This document shows, piece by piece, positions 1-9,257 of a stretch of DNA of 64,000 nt. Within the stretch, counting starts at the first letter, position 1. Each line of letters begins with the position of its first letter. Below the pieces are notes generated by a model. That model was given only the letters and a program-made list of their open reading frames with translations, was not told the DNA's origin and made no database searches. Made by a program: the position numbers and the translations under genes. Source of the stretch: Candidatus Omnitrophota bacterium. Lineage in GTDB: Bacteria > Omnitrophota > Gorgyraeia > DTHP01. The DNA lies in assembly GCA_023819145.1 (NCBI GenBank), contig JAMWCW010000004.1:9935-73934 (forward strand). The letters run 5' to 3'.

Positions 1-283
1 TTAAATCCACAACATATAAAATAAGGTCGCAGTCGGTTTTTGCCCTTAAGGCAGTAGTATTTAAATATTTTCCCAATTCACTTTTAGGAATATGCAAACC
101 CGGGGTATCTACAAAGACAATTTGACCTCTTTCTTCATTGAGAATGCCTCGGATCTGAAATCGAGTGGTTTGTGGTTTCGAAGAAGTAATGCTTACTTTC
201 TCCTTTAAAATATTATTGAGAAGAGTAGACTTTCCTACATTTGGTCTTCCGATAATTGCTACAAATCCACATTTTTTATCCAT
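1..283 (-). CDS. era: GTPase Era, N-terminal part (gene continues beyond window start)
   Basis: Reverse-strand translation from ATG (complement of 281-283) gives [26 protein letters not shown]...QTTRF...VDTPGLH: G1 P-loop, G2 Thr and G3 DTPG motifs typical of Era; ORF runs off the window edge. Confidence 0.85.
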   Translation of the reverse strand, partial: MDKKCGFVAIIGRPNVGKSTLLNNILKEKVSITSSKPQTTRFQIRGILNEERGQIVFVDTPGLHIPKSELGKYLNTTALRAKTDCDLILYVVDL

Positions 284-366
284 GTTTTAAATATAACAGT
301 TTTGAGATAGATATTCAATATCAATATAAATTATACCAAATACTTATGCTGTTATTATGTTTTTCG

Positions 367-395
367 TTGACAGATATCTCAATTTTTGCTATATT
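367..395 (+). promoter_or_regulatory. Predicted sigma70-type promoter (TTGACA-17 nt-TATATT) upstream of marR-family gene; flanked by palindromes TTAATTAA/ACTTAAGT (405-425), possible operator
   Basis: Exact TTGACA at 367-372, 17-nt spacer, TATATT at 390-395, 45 bp upstream of the ORF starting at 441. Confidence 0.4.
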
Positions 396-440
396 TAGTT
401 ACATTAATATTTAATTAACTTAAGTATAACAATTATTCCT

Positions 441-890
441 ATGTCAATTAACCAATTTAGCAAGAAAATGGTGATTATCTTGCCCAAGGTAATGAGATTA
501 ATGACCAAAAGGCAATCTAATGAATTATTTAAAGGAAAAATTACCTTACCACAGTTTATAGTTATGGAGTTTTTATATAGAGAGGGACCTGCTATGATGT
601 CAAAAATAGCAGAAATTCTATCGGTAAGTGCACCTGCGGCAACAGGGATTGTGGATAAGTTAGTCAGAGATGCATATTTAATACGGGAAAGCGCACCGGA
701 AAGCAGAAGAATCATATTGATAAAGCTTACTAAAAAAGGCAAGAAATTGGTTGAAAGAACAGTTAAACAAAGGCAAATCTTAATCAAGGATATTTTTGGT
801 AAACTTGAAGAAAAAGAACGCCAGCAATATTTATACATCTTGAATAAAATTTATAAGGTTCTTCAGAATAATCACAAAGGCACAGTATGA
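441..890 (+). CDS. MarR family transcriptional regulator
   Basis: 149 aa; winged-helix region ...LPQFIVMEFLYREGPAMMSKIAEILSVSAPAATGIVDKLVRDAYLIRE...RRIILIKLTKKG typical of MarR; first gene of an efflux operon. Confidence 0.8.
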   Translation: MSINQFSKKMVIILPKVMRLMTKRQSNELFKGKITLPQFIVMEFLYREGPAMMSKIAEILSVSAPAATGIVDKLVRDAYLIRESAPESRRIILIKLTKKGKKLVERTVKQRQILIKDIFGKLEEKERQQYLYILNKIYKVLQNNHKGTV

Positions 891-2149
891 GAAAATTTAT
901 TTTATTTATCTATCTGATAGGCATTTCTTTATCCTGGGCAAAAGAACCTATAAAGCTTACCCTTGAGGAAGCAATAACTATTGCCTTGCGGGATAATCGG
1001 GAGATTCTTATTAAAGAGGAAGATTTGAAGAAGGCAAAAGAGAAATTAAGAGAAGCAAGGGCAGGAATTTTCCCCAAAATCAGTTTAGGAAGTTCAATAT
1101 CGGAGACACTCGATTATTACGATAAAAATACTACCAATTTCTCTAACCAGCTATCTCTAAAACAATCTCTTTACACCGGCGGTAAAACTTTAGGTAATAT
1201 TAAAGAGACTAAATATAGAATAGAAATGAATCAGGCTTCACTCAATAAAACTATTTTAGAAACAGTTTATACTGTTAAAAAGGCATTTTTTACTCTCCTC
1301 TTAGCGGGAGAATATGCTAAACTAAATGAATTAATTCTTGCAAATACCAAAAATCATTTTAAGGTCGTTAGCGAACGCTATAATAACGGCCAAGCATCTG
1401 AATCAGAGCTTATTAAATTACAACAGGCGATGGCAAGTGTAGAGCACATTTTTCTTACATCTCTTAATCAAATAGAAGGGGCAAAAATGAACTTGAGAAA
1501 TTTACTTAATTTGGAAAAAAGCATAGATATCGAACCTGAAGGCAAATTCATCTATGAGCCGAAAGAGATAGCTTTTGATGAAGTTTATATTAAAGCACTT
1601 AAAGAAAGACCTGAATTATCGTTCTACGAAGCACAAGAAAAAATAGATAAATTACAAAAAGAAACTGCCAGAGCAGAAATCCTTCCTAGCGTATATGCCT
1701 CATGGGACTATTATATTAATCGTTCTAATGCTCCGCAAGCGATTTCAAAAGATTGGGAAAGTCATCAGACCATTGGGATTGTCTTAACCTGGCCAATATT
1801 TGACGGTTTTGCTACTCAGGCAAAAATAAGTCAGGCAGAAATTGATTTAAAAGAAACTCAACTGCTTAAAGAAAAGACCATTATGGATATAGCCTCAGAA
1901 TTAAAAGATGCTTATTTAGAGTTAAATAACGCTCTTACAAAATTAAAGGCAAAAGATACAGAAATAAAATTCTACGAAGATAATCTACGCATAATTAACG
2001 ATAAGTATAAAATGGGGATTGCAAGCAGTTTGGATTTAGAAGATGCAAAATTGGGATTTGAAATCTCTAATTTTAATCTTAAAGAAGCAATCTATGACTA
2101 TCTACTTGCAAAAGCAAGAATGGAGAGGGCAATAGGGGAGATAAAATGA
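887..2149 (+). CDS. TolC-family outer membrane efflux protein
   Basis: 420 aa; N-terminal signal peptide; two repeats of coiled-coil/beta-barrel outer membrane factor pattern (..LTLEEAITIALRDN.., ..LSLKQSLYTGGK..); overlaps the next gene by 4 bp. Confidence 0.8.
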   Translation: MRKFILFIYLIGISLSWAKEPIKLTLEEAITIALRDNREILIKEEDLKKAKEKLREARAGIFPKISLGSSISETLDYYDKNTTNFSNQLSLKQSLYTGGKTLGNIKETKYRIEMNQASLNKTILETVYTVKKAFFTLLLAGEYAKLNELILANTKNHFKVVSERYNNGQASESELIKLQQAMASVEHIFLTSLNQIEGAKMNLRNLLNLEKSIDIEPEGKFIYEPKEIAFDEVYIKALKERPELSFYEAQEKIDKLQKETARAEILPSVYASWDYYINRSNAPQAISKDWESHQTIGIVLTWPIFDGFATQAKISQAEIDLKETQLLKEKTIMDIASELKDAYLELNNALTKLKAKDTEIKFYEDNLRIINDKYKMGIASSLDLEDAKLGFEISNFNLKEAIYDYLLAKARMERAIGEIK

Positions 2150-3030
2150 GAATCCGAAATGTTGTTCTAGCCTTTTGTGGATTTTTAATGCTCAGTGGTT
2201 GTCAGAAGAAATTAGAAGTAAAGAAAGAGGTTCTTCCAGAAACAATTCCTGTAAGGGTAATTAGGATAAAACCAAGAGACCTATTAGAGACTATAGAGTA
2301 CGTTGGGGATATCAAAGCCAAGGATGAAGTTTTAGTTTATCCCAAAGTAACAGGAAAAGTTATCGAAAAGGTAAAAGAGGACGGTAGTTTTGTAACGAAA
2401 GGAGAAACAATATTATATATTGACCGCGATGAAGTAGGATTTAAGTTCGAAAAGGCACCTGTAGAAAGTCCTTTGAATGGAGTAATCGGAAGGGTTTATG
2501 TAGATTTAGGAGAAAACGTTGGTCCTCAGACTCCGGTTGCTAAAGTCCTAGATTTAGATAAGGTAAAAATTAAATTAGAAATACCCGAGAAGCATCTTCC
2601 CCGCATCTCTTTAGGTCAAAGAGCAAAAATATATGTAGATGCCTATCCCGCCCAAGAATTTAGTGGAGAAATAACTAAAATCAGTCCGGTATTAGATAGT
2701 GATACTCGAACGTTTCCTATTGAAATAACTGTAGCCAATCTCAAACATCTTCTTAAATCTGGTCTCTTTGCTCGTGTAAGTCTAATCATTTCGGAGCATA
2801 AAAATGTTCCGGTTATTCTAAGAGAAGCAATTATCGGTAAAGAACCCGATTTATATGTTTTCACAGTAGAGGAAAATAAAGCGTTTTTAAAGAAAATTAA
2901 ATTAGGAATCCGCCAAGGTCAGTATTATGAGGTCATTGAAGGGTTAAAAGAAGGCGATTTAGTAGTAGTTATGGGACAACAAAGATTGTATGAGGGAGTA
3001 GAAGTAACAGTCGAGGAAAATAGTGATTGA
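2146..3030 (+). CDS. RND efflux membrane fusion protein (periplasmic adaptor subunit), lipoprotein
   Basis: 294 aa; lipobox LMLSGC; biotinyl/lipoyl-like and beta-barrel segments (VGDIKAKDEVLVYPKVTGKV...); sits between the TolC-like and RND genes. Confidence 0.8.
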   Translation: MRIRNVVLAFCGFLMLSGCQKKLEVKKEVLPETIPVRVIRIKPRDLLETIEYVGDIKAKDEVLVYPKVTGKVIEKVKEDGSFVTKGETILYIDRDEVGFKFEKAPVESPLNGVIGRVYVDLGENVGPQTPVAKVLDLDKVKIKLEIPEKHLPRISLGQRAKIYVDAYPAQEFSGEITKISPVLDSDTRTFPIEITVANLKHLLKSGLFARVSLIISEHKNVPVILREAIIGKEPDLYVFTVEENKAFLKKIKLGIRQGQYYEVIEGLKEGDLVVVMGQQRLYEGVEVTVEENSD

Positions 3031-3071
3031 GTTAAAAATTATAATATCAAAAGTCTAGAAAGTCTTTAAAC

Positions 3072-6000
3072 ATGAAATTACCTGAATTTGGAGTTAAAAG
3101 ACCGGTTACAAACTTAATGATTTTTGCAGGAATAATTATTCTGGCAATCTACAGCTTATCACGTTTGGGAGTAGACCAGATGCCGGAGATTGAACCGCCA
3201 GTAATTAGTGTAATTTCTGCTTATCCGGGGGCAAGTCCTGAGGATGTAGAAATAAAAGTAACTGAACCTTTAGAAAATCAACTGGCTACAACCCCAGGAA
3301 TAGAAAAAATCACTTCCATTTCTGCAGAAGGAGTTTCTGTAATTACTCTTAAATTTGCCTGGGGAACTAATCTTGATAACGCTTCAAATGACATTCGCGA
3401 CCGTATTGAATTAGCGAAACGTTCCCTACCGGATATACCAGACGAGATGGAAAACCCTTTTATCTTTAAGTTCAATACTGCAATGATGCCTATTCTGTTT
3501 GTAGGAATTACCGCTCAGCAAAATTATGCTGAACTTTTTGATTTAATCGATAAACAGATTGCTGACCCCATTAGGCAAATTCCGGGTATAGGAACGGTAC
3601 AATTATTTGGAGGTTTGGAAAGACAGATTAATGTCTGGATAGATAGAGGTCGTTTAGAAGGATATGGGTTTTCTATTTTGCATATTTTAGATGCATTAAG
3701 GAAGGAAAACATAACTCAACCCGTAGGAAATTTAAAATCAGGTTTAACCAGTTATCTCGTAAGACTCCCCGGAGAATTTTCTTCTCCCGAGGAGTTAAAC
3801 TCTGTAATTTTAGGAAAAAGGGGAAATAGAACAATATACTTAAGAGATGTGGCAAGAGTGGAAGACAGCTTTAAAGAAATAACCCTTGAGGCAAGAATAA
3901 ATAAGAATCGGGGTATGATGATGATGGTCCAGAAACAAACAGGGACCAACACTGTAGAAGTGGCGAAGAGGGCGAAAAATCTCTTGAGCGAATTAGAAAA
4001 GAAATTGCCTAAGGATATAAAGATAAATACGGTTTTTGACAGTTCTCAGGATATCATAAATTCTCTAAATTCCCTAAAAAGTTCTCTTTTGAGGGGCATA
4101 TTTTTTGTAATTTTGGTAGTCTGGTTTTTTTTAAGACAGTTCAGAACCAGTTTGATTATTGCTTTGACTATTCCCTTCTCCTTACTAATTTCTTTCATCT
4201 ATCTTTTTTTGCAGGGAAGAACTATCAATATCATAAGTCTATCTTCCTTAGCTATTGCTTCTGGGATGGTAGTGGATAACGCCATTGTGGTTGTGGACAA
4301 TATTTGGAGACATATAGAAAGAGGTGAACGTTTGCGTGAGGCAGCAATTTTTGGTACCCAGGAAATGTTTCTGGCAATCATTGCTTCCACCTTTACTACC
4401 ATCGCCGTATTTTTACCTTTCTTTTTTATACGCGGAATAATCGGAATTATGTTTGGGGAATTGGCAATGGTGGTTACTATAACTTTATTTGCCTCGCTGT
4501 TTACTGCTTCTACCTTTAGCCCCATGTTATGTTCAAAATTATTAAAAGAAAAACAAACAACCGGAACACAAAAGAAAGGGTTAAGTAAACTCTACGAATT
4601 CTCAGAGAAAGGCCTCAAATCTTTAGAAAATTTATATTCTCAAATACTTTTATCAAGTCTCAGACATAAAAAATTAATTATTTTTTGTTTCTCTTTCTTA
4701 TTCATTTCAAGCCTTTTTCTTCTGCGCTTTTTAGGTAATGAATTCATCCCTGAACAGGACACAGGAGATGTGCGGGCTACCATTCGTCTTCCACTAGGCA
4801 CACGTTTTGAGGAAACAAGAAAAATTGCTTTAAGGATAGAAGAAATCTTAGAAAAAAATGTCCCCGAAAAAAGAGTTATGTTTGTAAGACCAGGAACAAC
4901 CACGAGTATGGGGAGAGCTTTTAGAGCGTCGGGGGAATCAGGAGAAAATATAATCGTTGCCGGAGCAAAACTCGTTCCCAAAACAGAAAGAACACGCTCG
5001 GTTTTTGAAATTGGACAGGTTTTGAGAAAAGAAATTGGTAAAATCCCCGGCGTGTTAAGAATAGATATTTCTACTGGTAATCCCATGGGAAGAATGATTA
5101 CCGGAATGGGGGGAAAGGCAATTCAGGTAGAAATTGTAGGACACTCTTTTGAAACGACAAATACCTTAGCGGAGAAATTGAAAAATATAATTGAGAAAAT
5201 TCCCGGAGCAGTGGATATCAGTATTTCGCGTGAAATAAGCCAACCTGAATTGAGGATTGCCGTAGATAGAGAAAAAGCCTCTATTTTAGGTTTAAATATG
5301 CAGACGATTGCTTCTTCGTTAAAGGCTTACATTGAAGGTTCTACTGCAACAAAGTATCGCGAAAAGGGTGAGACTTACGATATCTATGTGAGATTGGAAG
5401 AAGCTTCACGCACAAAGATAGAAGACATTGAGAATCTATCTGTTGTTGCTCCTCTAACCGGAAACCTCGTAAAGCTGGCTAATTTTGCAAAGGTTTACGA
5501 AACCACAGGACCTGTAGATATTGAAAGAACCAACCGAGAGAGGGTAGTAAAAGTTGAATGTAACGTCTTTGGAAGACCAGTAGGAAAGGTTAGGGAAGAT
5601 ATCGAACAAAACTTGAAACAGTTGGTTATACCTTCAGATATAAGAATTAACTTTGGAGGAGAAGCTGAGGAGCAGATGAAGGCCTTTAAAGATTTAACAA
5701 TTCTGCTAATCTTAGGCATTATTCTTGTCTATATGATTATGGCGGGACAATTTGAGTCTCTCCTCGATCCCTTTGTAGTAATGTTTAGTGTTCCTTTTAC
5801 TTTCTCGGGGGTGTTCTTAGGGCTTTTTCTTACCAAAACAACCCTTAATGTTATTTCCTTCATGGGTATAATAATGCTTATGGGAATAGTAGTAAATAAT
5901 GCTATAGTTTTAATCAGTTATATAAATATATTGCGCGCCAGGGGACTGGTTATGTATGAAGCAGTAGCGCAAGCAGGAAAAGAAAGATTAAGGCCAGTGT

Positions 6001-6200
6001 TTATGACTACTTTTACTACGCTGGCTGGTCTTTTTCCTATGGCTTTTCTAAAAGGAGAAGGTTCAGAAGTATGGCAACCTCTGGGTATAACCATGATTAG
6101 CGGATTAACTGTTTCCACTTTTATCACCCTTATTTTTGTACCTACACTCTATACAGCCCTAGAAACGAGGGTTAAGCAAAGGAGAGAAAGGCGCTTATGA
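3072..6200 (+). CDS. RND family efflux transporter permease (AcrB/CzcA-like)
   Basis: 1042 aa; 12-TM RND architecture with two large periplasmic loops; conserved segments such as AIASGMVVDNAIVVVDNI and MLMGIVVNNAIVLISY. Confidence 0.9.
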   Translation: MKLPEFGVKRPVTNLMIFAGIIILAIYSLSRLGVDQMPEIEPPVISVISAYPGASPEDVEIKVTEPLENQLATTPGIEKITSISAEGVSVITLKFAWGTNLDNASNDIRDRIELAKRSLPDIPDEMENPFIFKFNTAMMPILFVGITAQQNYAELFDLIDKQIADPIRQIPGIGTVQLFGGLERQINVWIDRGRLEGYGFSILHILDALRKENITQPVGNLKSGLTSYLVRLPGEFSSPEELNSVILGKRGNRTIYLRDVARVEDSFKEITLEARINKNRGMMMMVQKQTGTNTVEVAKRAKNLLSELEKKLPKDIKINTVFDSSQDIINSLNSLKSSLLRGIFFVILVVWFFLRQFRTSLIIALTIPFSLLISFIYLFLQGRTINIISLSSLAIASGMVVDNAIVVVDNIWRHIERGERLREAAIFGTQEMFLAIIASTFTTIAVFLPFFFIRGIIGIMFGELAMVVTITLFASLFTASTFSPMLCSKLLKEKQTTGTQKKGLSKLYEFSEKGLKSLENLYSQILLSSLRHKKLIIFCFSFLFISSLFLLRFLGNEFIPEQDTGDVRATIRLPLGTRFEETRKIALRIEEILEKNVPEKRVMFVRPGTTTSMGRAFRASGESGENIIVAGAKLVPKTERTRSVFEIGQVLRKEIGKIPGVLRIDISTGNPMGRMITGMGGKAIQVEIVGHSFETTNTLAEKLKNIIEKIPGAVDISISREISQPELRIAVDREKASILGLNMQTIASSLKAYIEGSTATKYREKGETYDIYVRLEEASRTKIEDIENLSVVAPLTGNLVKLANFAKVYETTGPVDIERTNRERVVKVECNVFGRPVGKVREDIEQNLKQLVIPSDIRINFGGEAEEQMKAFKDLTILLILGIILVYMIMAGQFESLLDPFVVMFSVPFTFSGVFLGLFLTKTTLNVISFMGIIMLMGIVVNNAIVLISYINILRARGLVMYEAVAQAGKERLRPVFMTTFTTLAGLFPMAFLKGEGSEVWQPLGITMISGLTVSTFITLIFVPTLYTALETRVKQRRERRL

Positions 6201-6487
6201 AAATGGTAATGATTGTCTATAATGAAGCAATAGAGGAAATGGTGATGGAAATTATGGTAAAATGTGGCTTAAAAAATTACACAAAAATTGCCGGGGTATA
6301 TGGAAAGGGAACATCTTCAGGAACGCACTTAGGAAACGATATCTGGCCAGGAAGAAATAATCTTTTATACGTCGCCTGTGAAGAAAAAGAAAAGAATGAA
6401 ATGGTTTGTTGCATTAAAGAATTGAGAAAGAGATTTGGATACGAAGGGGTAAAGGCATTTGTTCTTCCGGTAGAGGAAATAACTTAA
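6197..6487 (+). CDS. PII-like small protein (nitrogen-regulatory PII fold, T-loop-like GVYGKGTSSGTHLGND), translationally coupled to the RND pump
   Basis: 96 aa; ATGA start/stop overlap with the RND gene; predicted beta-alpha-beta pattern and a glycine-rich loop resembling the PII T-loop; PII-like proteins (DUF3240-type) are known to ride in RND metal-efflux operons. Confidence 0.4.
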   Translation: MKMVMIVYNEAIEEMVMEIMVKCGLKNYTKIAGVYGKGTSSGTHLGNDIWPGRNNLLYVACEEKEKNEMVCCIKELRKRFGYEGVKAFVLPVEEIT

Positions 6488-6488
6488 A

Positions 6489-7010
6489 ATGATTCTTATA
6501 AAACTATTTTTTACTTTTCTTAAAATTGGACTATTTACTATTGGAAGTGGCTATTCAATGCTTGTGCTTGCGCAGAAATATATAGTAGACACCTACCAAT
6601 GGTTGACGATGGAGGAATTTACAGACTTAGTGGCTATTGCCGAATTAACCCCCGGCCCAATTATCATAAATTTAGCTACCTTTGTAGGAACAAGGGTTGC
6701 CGGGTTGAAAGGAGCCATTCTTTCCACCGTCGGACTTATTATCATCCCTTTTGGATTTTTATTTATTATTGCCAGCAAGTATTTACAGCTTAAAAACTTT
6801 CCTTTTATGCAAAATTTTCTTAATGTCATTAGGCCCATTGCCATAGCGCTTATTACCATTGCCATCATAAATCTTTTTAAAACATCAATTACCAACCTCA
6901 AAACTTTCTTAATTGCAATCATAGCGATTGTCCTCTTGCAATTTTTTAAAGTTAATCCTATATTTATAGTAATTGGAGGATTAATTATTTCCCTTATTTT
7001 TAAAGTATGA
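6489..7010 (+). CDS. chrA: Chromate transporter family protein, short single-domain type (ChrA-like)
   Basis: 173 aa, about 5 TM; N-terminal FLKIGLFTIGSGYSMLVL...WLTMEEFTDLVAIAELTPGPIIINLATFVG matches the CHR family signature. Confidence 0.7.
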   Translation: MILIKLFFTFLKIGLFTIGSGYSMLVLAQKYIVDTYQWLTMEEFTDLVAIAELTPGPIIINLATFVGTRVAGLKGAILSTVGLIIIPFGFLFIIASKYLQLKNFPFMQNFLNVIRPIAIALITIAIINLFKTSITNLKTFLIAIIAIVLLQFFKVNPIFIVIGGLIISLIFKV

Positions 7011-7927
7011 GGATACTAACACGCCTACTCTTGAAATTATTTGTAAAAGATTACGGAGATTTTCATAATCCGGGAGTAAGGGCAAAATATGGCTATCTGG
7101 AATCAGTAACGAGTATCATCGTTAATCTAATTCTTTCGCTGGCCAAATTCTTACTTGGTATCCTTTCTAACAGTATCGCCCTTATCGCCGATTCTTTCCA
7201 TACCTTTTCCGATGTGATCACCTCGGTTATTGTATGGGTAGGATTCAAAGCTTCGCAACGCCCTGCAGATAGTGAACACCCTTTTGGTCATGGGAGAATA
7301 GAATTTATTTCTACCTTAATCATCGGAGTTTTACTGTTATTTGCAGGATTTAATTTCTTAAAAGACTCTTTCCTGCGTATATTAAATCCCCAAGCAGTAA
7401 AAGCAGGCCTTGGAACCATTATTTTTCTTGTTATTTCTGCGTATCTAAAAGAAGAATTGGCAGTATTTGCTACAGAATTAGGGGAGAAGATAAAAGGTGA
7501 TTCCTTACTTGCTGATGCCTGGCATCATCGCACTGATGCCATCGCTTCTTTATTGATAATTTTATCGATCATCGCCTCAAAATTTGGTTACTTCATTGTT
7601 GACGCTTTTTTAGGGTTAATAATCTCTTTAGTAATAATTTGGCTGGGAATAAAATTTGTTCATAAATCTTCAAATAAATTAATAGGTCATGCTCCCAATA
7701 AAGAAATTTTATATAAAATTCAAAGTGAGGCATATAAAATTAAAGGGGTAAAGAACATCCATGACATAGAGATTCATGAATATGGAGAAGAATTAAGAAT
7801 ATCCTTACATATCAAAGTAAAATCCCGACTCCGTGTAGACTCTGCCCACCAAATAGCAGAAGCAGTAGAGCAAAGGTTGAAAGAGAACTTGGGAATTTCT
7901 GCAGTAGTCCACGTCGACCCCCTATAA
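7007..7927 (+). CDS. Cation diffusion facilitator (CDF) family transporter
   Basis: 306 aa; TM domain with HTFSDVITS...SEHPFGHGRIE and C-terminal cytoplasmic dimerisation domain; ATGA overlap with the upstream gene. Confidence 0.85.
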   Translation: MRILTRLLLKLFVKDYGDFHNPGVRAKYGYLESVTSIIVNLILSLAKFLLGILSNSIALIADSFHTFSDVITSVIVWVGFKASQRPADSEHPFGHGRIEFISTLIIGVLLLFAGFNFLKDSFLRILNPQAVKAGLGTIIFLVISAYLKEELAVFATELGEKIKGDSLLADAWHHRTDAIASLLIILSIIASKFGYFIVDAFLGLIISLVIIWLGIKFVHKSSNKLIGHAPNKEILYKIQSEAYKIKGVKNIHDIEIHEYGEELRISLHIKVKSRLRVDSAHQIAEAVEQRLKENLGISAVVHVDPL

Positions 7928-8018
7928 TCGTAAGTTAGAGTAGACATTCTTCCTTAAATTTTTTGATTTCTTTTTTTATCTTATAATGCTATAATTAATG
8001 TTCAAAAAAAGGACAGTT

Positions 8019-9257
8019 ATGGAAAATATATTCCGTTTCTTCAAATGGTTATACCCCGGCATGCGGATTAAGCGCTGGATATTTCTCTGTGCCTTGGGTA
8101 TATTCTGCGTGAGTATTGGTTCGGCAAAGGTTGTCTCCCAGAGAGACCCGTTGTTTATCCTTAGCGGTTCTTTACTGCTTTTATTGGGAATAATTTTATT
8201 AACGTTAGGTATAAAATATATGGTTAAATCATTTATCAATATAATATTGCCTGAAAAAGATAAAGAATTGGTAGATATTGTATATCAGAAAAGACACTTA
8301 CAAAAAGGCCCGCGTATCGCAGCAATTGGAGGAGGAACAGGACTGTCTGTGCTTCTGCATGGAATAAAAGAATACACTTCCAACATTACAGCGATTGTTA
8401 CAGTAGCAGATGACGGTGGTAGCTCGGGAAGAATACGGGAACAGTTTGACATGTTGCCGCCAGGAGATATTAGAAACTGCTTAGTAGCCCTTGCGGATGC
8501 CGAACCTTTAATGCGTGAGTTGTTTCAATTTCGTTTTGATAATGATTCCGAATTAAAGGGGCACAATTTTGGCAATCTTTTTATAACCGCACTCTCTAAG
8601 GTTACTGGAGATTTTGAAAAAGCCATCAAAGAGTCAAGTAAAGTATTGGCTATAAGAGGGCAGGTAGTTCCCTCTACCCTAAATAAGGTAAAACTGATTG
8701 CCGAACATACAGATGGAACAAAAACAATAGGGGAATCCAAGATTCCCAACCGCGGAATGCCCATCAAAAAACTTTACCTTAATCCTCTGGAATGCAACCC
8801 TACTGATGAAGCACTAGAGGCAATTTATGAAACAGAGGCAATAATATTGGGACCGGGAAGTTTATATACATCAGTTTTACCTAATCTACTTGTCCGGGGT
8901 ATGACAGAAGCAATTTTAAGAACAAGTGCAATAAAAATATATATCTGCAATGTAATGACTCAGCCCGGAGAAACTGATAATTTTACCGCCTCTGACCATG
9001 TTAAGACAATTATTGAACACACTCATCCCCGTATTATTGATTATTGCATCGTAAACACTGCCCCCATTCCCTATTCACTACGGGAGAAATACAAAGAAGA
9101 AAATGCTTATCCTGTAACAAACGATTCTGCAAAAATCAGAGAATGGGGATATAAAGTTATAGAAGAGGATGTAATTTCTACAACCAACTTTGTTCGGCAT
9201 AGTCCCGAAAAACTTGCACGTTGTATTATGGACTTGCTAAACTCCCTTAGAAAATGA
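8019..9257 (+). CDS. yvcK: YvcK / gluconeogenesis factor (CofD-like, UPF0052) with about 90 aa N-terminal 2-TM extension
   Basis: Core starts PRIAAIGGGTGLSVLLHGIK...VTVADDGGSSGRIREQF.MLPPGDIRNC, diagnostic of YvcK/CofD; the ORF track starts at 7998, but ATG 8019 has a better RBS (AAAGGA); N-terminal hydrophobic helices precede the core. Confidence 0.85.
   Translation: MENIFRFFKWLYPGMRIKRWIFLCALGIFCVSIGSAKVVSQRDPLFILSGSLLLLLGIILLTLGIKYMVKSFINIILPEKDKELVDIVYQKRHLQKGPRIAAIGGGTGLSVLLHGIKEYTSNITAIVTVADDGGSSGRIREQFDMLPPGDIRNCLVALADAEPLMRELFQFRFDNDSELKGHNFGNLFITALSKVTGDFEKAIKESSKVLAIRGQVVPSTLNKVKLIAEHTDGTKTIGESKIPNRGMPIKKLYLNPLECNPTDEALEAIYETEAIILGPGSLYTSVLPNLLVRGMTEAILRTSAIKIYICNVMTQPGETDNFTASDHVKTIIEHTHPRIIDYCIVNTAPIPYSLREKYKEENAYPVTNDSAKIREWGYKVIEEDVISTTNFVRHSPEKLARCIMDLLNSLRK

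Noticed and set aside
3278-6127. Multiple antisense ORFs of 60-148 aa inside the RND transporter gene (e.g. 4640-5086, 4199-4525, 5495-5719)
   Set aside because: They fully overlap a 1042-aa ORF with unmistakable RND homology; they have low-complexity composition, no RBS context and no recognisable domains; they are typical of spurious reading frames.
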